From NCBI GenBank assembly GCA_045106455.1, contig JBGCEL010000022.1, forward strand, positions 13,422 to 77,421: a stretch of 64,000 bases of DNA. The letters run 5' to 3'. The notes beneath the pieces are model-generated. The model saw only the letters and a list, made by a program, of their open reading frames with translations, did no database searches and was not told the DNA's origin. Positions 28,488-37,318 of the stretch are shown piece after piece (position 1 is the first letter of the stretch; every line of letters begins with the position of its first letter). A program made the position numbers and the translations under genes. Origin of the DNA: Gammaproteobacteria bacterium. Lineage in GTDB: Bacteria > Pseudomonadota > Gammaproteobacteria > Steroidobacterales > JBCCMA01.

Positions 28488-31211
28488 ATGACCAGTGCAC
28501 GACAACGCGTGTCCGAAATATTTTTCGCCGTGTGCGATCTTTCGGCCATCGAGCGCAATGCTGCGCTCGATAACCTGTGTGGAGACGATGCGTCTTTGCG
28601 GGCAGATGTGCTCGCGATGCTTGGGGTCGCAAGTGAGGCGGCGACAGGCAACTTAACCAACATTGTTGAGCGCGGTGCACGTGATGCGAGCGTCAATATC
28701 GCACGCGAATTTGAAGACATGCCAACGCAGATTGGTGCGTATGAAATTTTGCGCGAAATTGGCGAAGGCGGTATGAGCGTTGTCTATGAAGCGCAGCAGT
28801 CCGAACCGGTGCGCCGTATCGTAGCGCTAAAAGTCATTCGTCCCGGCATGGACACGCGTGAGGTGATCGCGCGCTTTGAGTCGGAGCGTCAGGCTCTGGC
28901 GGTCATGGATCATCCCAATATTGCACAGATATTCGATGCCGGCACCGCCGACAACGGGCGCCCGTATTTTGTGATGGAGCGGGTACATGGCGTACCGCTC
29001 ACCGAGTACTGTGACGGGCGCAAGCTGTCGGTGAACGATCGGCTCGGCGTGTTTTTAAGCGTGTGTGATGCCATTGCGCATGCGCATCAAAAAGGCGTCG
29101 TACATCGTGACCTCAAGCCGTCCAACATTTTGGTCGCCGAGCACGATGGGAAACCCCAGGTCAAAGTGATCGACTTCGGTATCGCCAAAGCCGTTGATGC
29201 ATCGCTCGCCGATGATCCTTTGGTCACGCGTATTGGGCAGCTGATCGGTACACCGGGATATATGAGCCCGGAACAGGCTGGCGGCAAGGTGGAGCAGATC
29301 GATACGCGCACCGACGTCTATGCTCTGGGCGTCGTGCTTTACCAACTGCTTGTGGGCGTGCTGCCGCACGACATGGCCAGTCGCTCGCCTGAAGAGCTGC
29401 GCACGCTCGCTCAGGACGGGGTTACGCCGCGGCCGAGCGCTCGGCTGAATCGTTTGGGGGAGAGCAAAACGCAGGCCGCGGCCCAGCGTGCCACTGACGC
29501 ATCAACGTTGCGCTCGGCGCTCGCCACGTCGCTGGATTGGGTGGTCCTCAAAGCCATGGCGCGTGAGCGCTCGCGGCGCTATCAATCGGTATTCGAATTC
29601 AAAGCCGACGTGCGCAACTATCTTGCCCATCGACCCGTGGATGCCAGGCCGCCCAGCCGGCGCTATGCCATGGGCCAGTTCGTACGTCGAAACCGCAGTG
29701 TTGTCACGGTGGCAGGCATCGTGCTCGTAGCGCTGATCGCCGGGGTAACGACGGCCACGATCGGTCTGGTCAAGGCCACCAAAGCTGAACAGCTCGCGCG
29801 CAAAGAGGCACAGACCGCTACGCGCGTGACCGAGCTGATTAGTGATTTTTTTCGCAGCGAAGATCCATCAGTTGCGCTGGGTAACGACGTCAAAGTGATT
29901 GACGTGCTCGACGACAATGTGGCGCGTATTGCCGATACGCTCGTGGACGAGCCCGAAGTGCAGGCCCGCCTGCTCATGACCATAGGCACGCTCTACAACA
30001 ACATGGCCGAACCGGCGAAGGCCAAACCGGTTCTGCAGCAAGCGCTGGCGCAGCAGGAACGCGTTGATCGAGGTGACACGAATCAGACGACCCGAGCCGA
30101 GCTGGCAGAAATTCTGGCGCAACTCGGTGAATCGCATCGTCAGACCGATGCCATGGACGATGCCCTAGTGACTCACGAGCGCGCGCTTGACTTGCGGCGT
30201 CAACATTACGGCGAACGTAGTTTGCCCGTGGCAGCGTCACTCAACGATTTGGGTCAGGTGCATCTGGGTCTGGGCGACTATGGCCCAGCGCAAGAGCGGA
30301 TATCGCAAGCCATCGACATGGCTCGCCCGTTCAGTCCCGAGCCCGAGGCGTTGGAGCTTCTGAGTTACTCGCTCAATTCGCGCGCCGTGGTCGCAAGCCT
30401 GAACAGCAACCTCGAGGCGGCCGAGTTGGCCCATCGCGAAGCACTTGAGATAAAAACACAACTCTACGGCGAGGTTCACCCATCAATTGCCACAACCTTG
30501 AGCAATCTGGGCTCGGTGTTGGCGAAGCAACAAAAATACGTGGAGGCCGAAGCGGTCTATCGGCATGCGCTTGCCATGCGCGAAACCGTGTTCAAGTCGG
30601 ACAACGGCCCGGTGGGCACCACGATCAACAATTTGGCGCTGCTGCTATATAGGCAAGGAAACCTTGATGAGGCCGAGACGTTGTATCGCCGTTCGTTGGT
30701 TATTCGTAAACAGGAAGCGTACCCAAGCGCCGCCGTCGCCACTACGTTGAACAACCTTGCCGGACTGTTAAGGAAAAAGGGCAACGCCGTGCAGGCCGAA
30801 GCCGCGTACGTCGAATCGGTCGACGTGCGCACGGCGGTACAAGGCGCCACGCATCCCAATACCGCGATAACCCGGATGAACCTAACGGAACACCGATTGA
30901 GCATGGGCAACGAAGCGGCGGCTTGCGCCGATATTGGGGAAATTGTGGGGCTTCTCACCGCGGGCTTGCGCGCGGGGCATTGGCGTCTGGCGCAAGCGCA
31001 GAGTATTGCCGGTGCCTGCGCCATTCACGCCGGGGAGGTGGAGCGGGCCGAAGAATTGCTGAACGGCAGTTATGTTGCTTTGAAGGAAAAGCGGGGCGGG
31101 GATGCGGAACCTACGCGCAGAGCGCTGGCGTACCTTGTCGAGCTGTATACGTTACTGGACCGGCCGAAGCGTCGCGCTGAATTTGAGCTACTTTTAGACC
31201 AAACACTCTAG
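28488..31211 (+). CDS. Ser/Thr protein kinase with TM segment and long C-terminal TPR array
   Basis: Hanks kinase motifs GEGGMSVVY, VALKV, HRDLKPSNIL, DFGIAK and GTPGYMSPE. A TM helix follows (VVTVAGIVLVALIAGVTTATIGLV), then about 480 aa of TPR repeats. Confidence 0.88.
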   Translation: MTSARQRVSEIFFAVCDLSAIERNAALDNLCGDDASLRADVLAMLGVASEAATGNLTNIVERGARDASVNIAREFEDMPTQIGAYEILREIGEGGMSVVYEAQQSEPVRRIVALKVIRPGMDTREVIARFESERQALAVMDHPNIAQIFDAGTADNGRPYFVMERVHGVPLTEYCDGRKLSVNDRLGVFLSVCDAIAHAHQKGVVHRDLKPSNILVAEHDGKPQVKVIDFGIAKAVDASLADDPLVTRIGQLIGTPGYMSPEQAGGKVEQIDTRTDVYALGVVLYQLLVGVLPHDMASRSPEELRTLAQDGVTPRPSARLNRLGESKTQAAAQRATDASTLRSALATSLDWVVLKAMARERSRRYQSVFEFKADVRNYLAHRPVDARPPSRRYAMGQFVRRNRSVVTVAGIVLVALIAGVTTATIGLVKATKAEQLARKEAQTATRVTELISDFFRSEDPSVALGNDVKVIDVLDDNVARIADTLVDEPEVQARLLMTIGTLYNNMAEPAKAKPVLQQALAQQERVDRGDTNQTTRAELAEILAQLGESHRQTDAMDDALVTHERALDLRRQHYGERSLPVAASLNDLGQVHLGLGDYGPAQERISQAIDMARPFSPEPEALELLSYSLNSRAVVASLNSNLEAAELAHREALEIKTQLYGEVHPSIATTLSNLGSVLAKQQKYVEAEAVYRHALAMRETVFKSDNGPVGTTINNLALLLYRQGNLDEAETLYRRSLVIRKQEAYPSAAVATTLNNLAGLLRKKGNAVQAEAAYVESVDVRTAVQGATHPNTAITRMNLTEHRLSMGNEAAACADIGEIVGLLTAGLRAGHWRLAQAQSIAGACAIHAGEVERAEELLNGSYVALKEKRGGDAEPTRRALAYLVELYTLLDRPKRRAEFELLLDQTL

Positions 31212-31279
31212 TGGAGCGCAGGCTCCGGTAGGACAACGACCCTGGCTGGGTAGATAAAAATTGAGATCCGAGGGGATAT

Positions 31280-32944
31280 ATGGGTATGGAAATTCAACAT
31301 TTGAGAGCGATGATCACGTCGGGCTTGTTCGTGGCGTTTGGTTTAACGACGCCGAACGCTTTGGCCGCGGGCGGCGATTTTTGCGGTGATTTATTCATTG
31401 GTCCAACGGAGCAGTGCGAGGATGGTAACGACGTTAGTGGTGACGGCTGCTCGTCCGACTGTCTGATCGAGAACAACTACACATGCACAGCACCGGATAT
31501 CCCGACCGCAAATAATGTGGTCCCTGATCCGGGTTTCGAAGCGGGCATCGACGGTACGCCGTGGAATCGTTTTACGACCGTCAATGAAGACGTGCTGTGC
31601 AATCCTGAAATTTGCGAAATGTCTTTTGCACGCAGCGGCGCCTGGTGGGCTCGATTCGGCTCGCTTGAAACCACCGAGGACGCCAGTATTTTGGAGCAGC
31701 GTTTCGAAATTCCGGTTAGCCATCGATGGCTGGAGTTTGATCTTGCCATTCCAGATTGTGATTTTTTTGGCAACACTTTCTCGGTTGTTATTAATCAAGA
31801 GACGGTGCGCACCTATACCGGCAACAGTCCAGGGTGCGGCATTCGCGGCTACCAAACGCAGCGCATCGATTTGGAAACGGCACTCGGTGGGCCCTATAAC
31901 AACGGCGACCTGAATCTGCTCACGTTTGTTTCAACCAGTGTTTCGGCCGCGAACGGCCCGACCGTGTTTTGGGTCGACAATGTCCGCGTCGTGGAACAAA
32001 TTGATGACACGACTCCCGGTTCCTGCGAGCTGGATAGTTTTGTGTTGTCCAATGACTCTTTCGATCCACCGTCAGGTGGCGATCTGTCCGTGTTTGGATT
32101 GACCACGTTTGAGCTGGGTGATCCGATTCCATGGGGCTCCACGGACGACGGTGTGTGCGGCAGTGGTGACGTGCCACCCGGCAACTTCACTGGCGGCATG
32201 GGTGAAGCGGCTTGCCTGGATGCGTCGACGGCGCCGGGCGCCTCCATTGTCTCGTTCCTGTGTCTGGACGCAATAGATTTCACGAACGCCGACAACACGC
32301 AGCTGTCCTTCCTGCTTAACCTGCAGCTGAATCCGACGACGCAAGCCAACTCCTTCCAGGTACTGGTTGGTGACACGCCGCCCGATGCCGGTTCCATCAA
32401 CGGCTTTTTGCCGGTCTTGGCATTGTTCAATTCCGTTGGTGAATTTGGCTCCGTGCCGGGGCAGGAAATTACCGTAAATCTGGATTTGCTTAATGGAACG
32501 GAAGAGGGCTATATCTGTTTTGCGTTTGTCTCTGTCTCAGCGTTTTATGCGCAGGTGGATAACGTGAGCATCTCGGCCGAATGCACCGACGAGGTGGATG
32601 AGGACAAGCTGCTCAACTGCTTCGACAACTGCATCAACGTCGACAATGCGGATCAAACCGATAGCGATGGCGACGGCTATGGCAACGCCTGCGACGCGGA
32701 TATCAGTCGCGAATTAAATTCGCGTCTCGTGCCGTCGGGCAACGGCAACGATTGCGTTGTCAATTTCGCGGATCTGGGCGTGCTGCGCCAAGCCTTCTTT
32801 GCCTCACCTCTGGACGAGCAGTGGAATCCGGATGCGGATTTCAACAACGATCAGAAGATCAATTTTGAGGACCTGGGTATTATGCGTTCGCTGTTTTTCA
32901 GCAACCCCGGACCCAGCGGCAGTACCAGTCAGTGCAGTCCTTAA
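31280..32944 (+). CDS. secreted multidomain protein: Cys-rich repeat, two jelly-roll-like modules, TSP type-3 repeat, dockerin-like EF-hand repeats
   Basis: Signal peptide ending ALAAGG. CGDLFIGPTEQCEDGNDVSGDGCSSDC matches the myxobacterial Cys-rich repeat pattern. DNCINVDNADQTDSDGDGYGNACDAD is TSP3-like. The C-terminal DFNNDQKINFEDLGIMRSLFF is dockerin-like. Confidence 0.7.
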   Translation: MGMEIQHLRAMITSGLFVAFGLTTPNALAAGGDFCGDLFIGPTEQCEDGNDVSGDGCSSDCLIENNYTCTAPDIPTANNVVPDPGFEAGIDGTPWNRFTTVNEDVLCNPEICEMSFARSGAWWARFGSLETTEDASILEQRFEIPVSHRWLEFDLAIPDCDFFGNTFSVVINQETVRTYTGNSPGCGIRGYQTQRIDLETALGGPYNNGDLNLLTFVSTSVSAANGPTVFWVDNVRVVEQIDDTTPGSCELDSFVLSNDSFDPPSGGDLSVFGLTTFELGDPIPWGSTDDGVCGSGDVPPGNFTGGMGEAACLDASTAPGASIVSFLCLDAIDFTNADNTQLSFLLNLQLNPTTQANSFQVLVGDTPPDAGSINGFLPVLALFNSVGEFGSVPGQEITVNLDLLNGTEEGYICFAFVSVSAFYAQVDNVSISAECTDEVDEDKLLNCFDNCINVDNADQTDSDGDGYGNACDADISRELNSRLVPSGNGNDCVVNFADLGVLRQAFFASPLDEQWNPDADFNNDQKINFEDLGIMRSLFFSNPGPSGSTSQCSP

Positions 32945-34842
32945 TTGGAAGCGGCACTGCCCGTTTGCACTTGCCACAGGCTCGCGTAGAGGCCGTTGTG
33001 AGCTAACAGTTGCTCGTGGGTGCCTTGCTCAACAAGGCGCCCACGGTCAATCACAACAATATTATCGGCGTGCACCACCGTCGATAAACGATGCGCGACG
33101 ATTAAGGTCGTGCGTCCTTCCTCGATGCGCAAAATCGAACGGGCGATCGCCGCCTCCGTCTCGCTGTCGACGGCAGACGTGGCTTCATCAAGAATCAATA
33201 TCGGCGGGTCTTTGAGCAACGCTCGCGCGATGGACAGTCGCTGACGCTGGCCGCCACTCAGTTTTTGACCGCGCTCACCCACGAGTGCGTCAAAGCCGCC
33301 GCTTAGCCGCTCCACAAATTCGGTGGCTTCGGCCGCGTCGGCCGCCGCGCGTACGGACGCAAGGTTAATGTCGTCCTGACCGTAGGCGATGTTCTGCGCC
33401 ACGCTGCCTTGGAATAAAAACACGTCTTGGCTCACCAGTCCGATTTGACGGCGCAGATCCTCAACCCGGTAATCAGTGAGGTTTTGCCCATCCAGTGTCA
33501 CGTGGCCAGAGGTGGGTTCATAGAAACGCAACAGCAGCTTAATGATCGTGCTCTTGCCCGAACCGGTAGGTCCCACAAACCCGATGGTTTGGCCCGCCTC
33601 GATGCGCAGATTCAAATCGTGCAAGACCGTGTCGCCGGTGGCATAGGCGAACGATACGTCGCGAAACTCGACGCCGCCCTTTGCCTTGTTGAGTGCGACC
33701 GTGGCGGCGTCATCATCAATCAACACCGGCGCATTTAATAGTTCCAGAATGCGTCGTGATGCGGCCATAGCACGCTCGTACAAATCGACTGTGTGGGCTA
33801 AATCGGTGAGCGGCCACAGCAGACGCTGAGTCAAAAACACGAGGATGCCGAAGGCACCCACAGCGAGCTTGCCTTGTAGCGTGAGCCAGCCGCCGAGCAG
33901 CAATGTGGCCATGAAACCGGCCAAAATGGCCATTCGTATAAGAGGGATAAACGCCGAGCTGACGGCAATAGCGGCACGATTGGCGGCCACGTAGTCATCG
34001 CTCGCGGCGCGGATTCGGCGTGCTTCCTGAGCCTCGGAGACAAAGCTTTTGATGGTGGCGATGCCGGCGATATTGGCGGCCAATCGATTGCTCAAACGGC
34101 CAACTTTGTCGCGCACCTGCGTGTACAACGGTTGTGCCCGACGTTGAAAGTAAAATGCCCCAATGACAATGACCGGGATGGGTGTGAACGCAAGCGTCGC
34201 GACGATTGGCGAGATCGCAAAGAACACACCGCCCACGGCCACAATGGTGGTCGCCACCTGTAGTAGAGTGTTGGCACCGCCGTTGAAAAATTGCTCAAGC
34301 TGGTTGACGTCGTCGTTAAGAATGGACACCAGGTTGCCCGTGCTGGCATCTTCGAAATAGGCCATGTCCAGTCGCTGCACGTGCTCGTAGGTATCTGTAC
34401 GCAGTCCGTGTTGTAAATCCTGCGCCAGTTCACGCCAACCAATCAGGTGCAAATATTCGAACAACGATTCGCCGGCCCAGATCACAAACGTGAGCGCCCC
34501 GAGCGCCATCAACTGATGTAATGGTTCCACAATGCCAAGCGTCGCGACGAACGAGTCTTGCTGACGTACGACGACGTCGATGGCCACGCCGATCAAAATT
34601 TCCGGCATGACATCAAAGAGCTTATTGACCACCGAGTAGATCGACGACTTGATAAGACGTTTGCGATACGGCCGCGCGTAGCCCAGCAAATCACGCAGGG
34701 CGGCGAACGAGGAGGTCGTCACGGTGAGGGACGGCGTTTGGCGCCGCCGCGTCCGCGCTTGCGCCGGGATTTGGACACTCGACGCTGATTTTTTTCTTTT
34801 ACCGGTAACGGCGTGGCGACGTCCTGCAAAACGCCGCCCCAT
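32941..34842 (-). CDS. ABC exporter, fused permease/ATPase
   Basis: TM domain plus NBD (GPTGSGKST, LSGGQRQRLSIARAL, ILILDEATS). The start is ambiguous: ATG 34842 gives 633 aa, and GTG 34722 gives 593 aa coupled to the upstream small ORF. Confidence 0.82.
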   Translation of the reverse strand: MGRRFAGRRHAVTGKRKKSASSVQIPAQARTRRRQTPSLTVTTSSFAALRDLLGYARPYRKRLIKSSIYSVVNKLFDVMPEILIGVAIDVVVRQQDSFVATLGIVEPLHQLMALGALTFVIWAGESLFEYLHLIGWRELAQDLQHGLRTDTYEHVQRLDMAYFEDASTGNLVSILNDDVNQLEQFFNGGANTLLQVATTIVAVGGVFFAISPIVATLAFTPIPVIVIGAFYFQRRAQPLYTQVRDKVGRLSNRLAANIAGIATIKSFVSEAQEARRIRAASDDYVAANRAAIAVSSAFIPLIRMAILAGFMATLLLGGWLTLQGKLAVGAFGILVFLTQRLLWPLTDLAHTVDLYERAMAASRRILELLNAPVLIDDDAATVALNKAKGGVEFRDVSFAYATGDTVLHDLNLRIEAGQTIGFVGPTGSGKSTIIKLLLRFYEPTSGHVTLDGQNLTDYRVEDLRRQIGLVSQDVFLFQGSVAQNIAYGQDDINLASVRAAADAAEATEFVERLSGGFDALVGERGQKLSGGQRQRLSIARALLKDPPILILDEATSAVDSETEAAIARSILRIEEGRTTLIVAHRLSTVVHADNIVVIDRGRLVEQGTHEQLLAHNGLYASLWQVQTGSAASN

Positions 34843-35024
34843 TGCTCGCGATGCGCCTCATTGGCGGCGCTTTGTACGGCCGAGTGCCGCCGCGACAGCA
34901 AAAGTTGGGAGGGTGAGCAAACCTGCGCTTTTATAACGCCCAGATCGACCGCCGCATCGAACAGGCTGGGGTACCAGCTTTCCCATGTCGGCAACAGCGC
35001 TTCAACTTGTTCTCGAAGGTTCAC
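34719..35024 (-). CDS. hypothetical small protein with strongly basic C-terminal tail (uncertain)
   Basis: 101-aa ORF with a GTG start. Its TGA overlaps a GTG in the ABC exporter frame (GTGA). I recognise no family. Confidence 0.25.
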   Translation of the reverse strand: MNLREQVEALLPTWESWYPSLFDAAVDLGVIKAQVCSPSQLLLSRRHSAVQSAANEAHREQWGGVLQDVATPLPVKEKNQRRVSKSRRKRGRGGAKRRPSP

Positions 35025-35107
35025 CGGCGAAGTATCGCACGCTTTGAAAGTGCGCGTGAGAGGGCGAATGCGGTGGCTTTCAGGCGGGCAAAATGAAACA
35101 CTAGGCT

Positions 35108-36013
35108 ATGCTTCGAATGTTGCCTGAACCGATCCGTGGCGTTATCACCTCGGTCATCTCTATCCTGAATCTCGTGTTCTGGTGTACGCCTTTTTACGTG
35201 TTAGCGCTGCTTAAACTGCTCCCAATCCCGGCACTCAAACGCGCCTGCTTTCGGGGTCTTGAGTATCTCGCCACCCGCTGGATCGACGGCAATAATGCGT
35301 TGGCCGCTGCCAACGGCACGCGTTTTGATGTGCGTGGCACCGATAATTTGACGTATGAAGACTGGTACTTGATTGGCACCAATCACGTCTCGTGGGTCGA
35401 CGTTTTTGCATTGCAAAAAGCCTTCAATCACAAAATTCCGTTTTTACGTTTCTTTCTCAAACGGCAGCTCATTTATGTGCCGTTGTTGGGTCTTGCTTGG
35501 TGGGCACTGGAATTGCCTTTCATGACTCGACATTCACGCAAGGAAGTTGAGGCAAACCCTGCGTTGCGCGAGACGGACATCGCGGCAACTCGACGCGCCT
35601 GTGAACCGTTTCGCGAACGGCCGACGTCCATCATCAACTTTCTGGAAGGCACGCGCTTTCGCCCTGAAAAACACGCCCGGCAAAAATCGCCTTACACCAA
35701 TTTGCTGAAACCCAAAGTCGGCGGTATCGCGTACGCCATCGAGGCGATCGGTCAGAAGATGAACACGTTTCTGGACGTGACGCTGGTGTACTCCACAGAC
35801 AATACGAGTTTATGGGATCTAATGACGGGGCGCTTGCAGCGCATTGTTGTGCACGTTGAAAAGCATGTTATTCCGGACGACTTGATGGTCGGAGATTACA
35901 GTGCGGATGCTGACTATCGGGCGCGCTTCAAAGTGTGGGTCGAAGCGCTGTGGCGCGAGAAAGACGCGCGTATCGACGCGCTGCGACTCGAACTTGCGCA
36001 GGCCGCACCATGA
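35108..36013 (+). CDS. lysophospholipid acyltransferase family protein (PlsC-like, YihG-type)
   Basis: HX4D motif (NHVSWVDV), then FLEGTRF and PKVGGIAYA. N-terminal membrane anchor. 301 aa. Confidence 0.75.
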   Translation: MLRMLPEPIRGVITSVISILNLVFWCTPFYVLALLKLLPIPALKRACFRGLEYLATRWIDGNNALAAANGTRFDVRGTDNLTYEDWYLIGTNHVSWVDVFALQKAFNHKIPFLRFFLKRQLIYVPLLGLAWWALELPFMTRHSRKEVEANPALRETDIAATRRACEPFRERPTSIINFLEGTRFRPEKHARQKSPYTNLLKPKVGGIAYAIEAIGQKMNTFLDVTLVYSTDNTSLWDLMTGRLQRIVVHVEKHVIPDDLMVGDYSADADYRARFKVWVEALWREKDARIDALRLELAQAAP

Positions 36014-36855
36014 GCAAGCTGCAGGTCGAGTCTTTTTTTCACCGTCGTAGCGGTACGCTGAGTTATTTGGTTCACGACGCCACCACCGGCGTGGTGATTG
36101 ATCCGGTGATCGATTTGTTGCTTGCGTCGGGACGCATGTCGACCCAACCAAGCGACGCGATTTTGACCCGTATCGATGCGCTGGCGCTCAAGGTGCCGTG
36201 GGTACTTGAAACACATGCCCACGCGGATCATCTGACCGGTGGCGATTATCTGCGTAAGAAGCTCGGTGCGAAACTTGGCATCGGACAGGGCATTCGATCC
36301 GTGCAGGCAAATTTTGAGCCGGTGTTTGATCTGCCGCCCGGCAGCGATGATTTCGATCACTTGTTTGATGACAATGAGGTCATTCAGGCCGGTGCGTTTG
36401 AGATTCGCGTCATGTCCACGCCGGGTCACACCGACGATAGCGTGGCCTATTTGATCGGCGATGCGGCGTTTGTAGGCGATACACTTTTTGCACCGGCGCG
36501 GGGCACCGCGCGCTGCGATTTTCCGGGGGGAAGCGCCGAGGCCCTCTACCGCACCATCCAAAAACTGTTTGAGCTGCCGGACGAGACTCGGGTCTATTTG
36601 TGTCACGATTATCCGGCGGTTGACGAAGAGCCTGTCGTATCAACCAGTGTCGCCGAGCAGCGCGCCGCGAATGTGCATATCAAGGCCGGCACGCAGCCGG
36701 AGGACTACATCAAACTGCGTGAAACCAGAGACGCGACGCTTGCCATGCCGGCACTGATCATCCCGGCGCTGCAGGTCAATATTCGAGCCGGCGCACTGCC
36801 CGCGGCCGATGCCAACGGCATTACTTACTTGCGACTCCCGCTGAATACGCTCTAA
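36010..36855 (+). CDS. MBL-fold metallo-hydrolase (glyoxalase II / persulfide dioxygenase-like)
   Basis: The ATG overlaps the upstream stop (ATGA). Metal-binding motif THAHADHLTGG, then TPGHTDDS and LCHDY. Confidence 0.8.
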   Translation: MSKLQVESFFHRRSGTLSYLVHDATTGVVIDPVIDLLLASGRMSTQPSDAILTRIDALALKVPWVLETHAHADHLTGGDYLRKKLGAKLGIGQGIRSVQANFEPVFDLPPGSDDFDHLFDDNEVIQAGAFEIRVMSTPGHTDDSVAYLIGDAAFVGDTLFAPARGTARCDFPGGSAEALYRTIQKLFELPDETRVYLCHDYPAVDEEPVVSTSVAEQRAANVHIKAGTQPEDYIKLRETRDATLAMPALIIPALQVNIRAGALPAADANGITYLRLPLNTL

Positions 36856-36899
36856 TTCTCTCATTTTGGCGTTGTGGACATGTTTCCCGGCGCTGCGAG

Positions 36900-36951
36900 C
36901 CTGTGTTGCGGGGCGCTGGATGCGTAATCTGGCTGTCATTCGCAACACAGG
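36900..36951 (+). promoter_or_regulatory. 11-bp perfect inverted repeat in the trxA leader
   Basis: CCTGTGTTGCG (36900-36910) and CGCAACACAGG (36941-36951) are separated by 30 nt. The right arm runs into the trxA Shine-Dalgarno AGGAG (36949-36953). Confidence 0.45.
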
Positions 36952-36960
36952 AGAGATCAC

Positions 36961-37293
36961 ATGGTCAATCAAGTCAGCAAAGACACATTCGCCGCCGAGG
37001 TGCTCGGTTCCAATACGCCCGTTTTGGTCGATTTTTGGGCGCCCTGGTGCGGCCCATGCCGTGCGGTCGGGCCCGTGCTCGAGGAACTAGCCGGTGATTT
37101 CGCCGGGCGTGCCAACATTGTCAAAATCAATGTTGATGAAGAGCCCGAGCTTGCCGCTCAGTACGGCGTACGCTCTATCCCGACGCTGCTGGTCATCGAT
37201 CAGGGCAAGGTGAAACAAACGTTGATTGGTGCTCAGCCCAAGGCCCCGTTGGCCGAAGCCCTGGAGCGCGAAATCCGCGCGTCCGCGGCCTAG
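36961..37293 (+). CDS. trxA: thioredoxin
   Basis: 110 aa with the canonical WAPWCGPCR active site. Confidence 0.92.
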   Translation: MVNQVSKDTFAAEVLGSNTPVLVDFWAPWCGPCRAVGPVLEELAGDFAGRANIVKINVDEEPELAAQYGVRSIPTLLVIDQGKVKQTLIGAQPKAPLAEALEREIRASAA

Positions 37294-37318
37294 CGCCAGC
37301 CCCGTGTGCCCGGCGGCG

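Noticed and set aside
35914-36606. 230-aa antisense ORF opposite the acyltransferase and MBL hydrolase genes.
   Set aside because: The sense genes carry the HX4D and HxHxDH motifs. The antisense translation is featureless.
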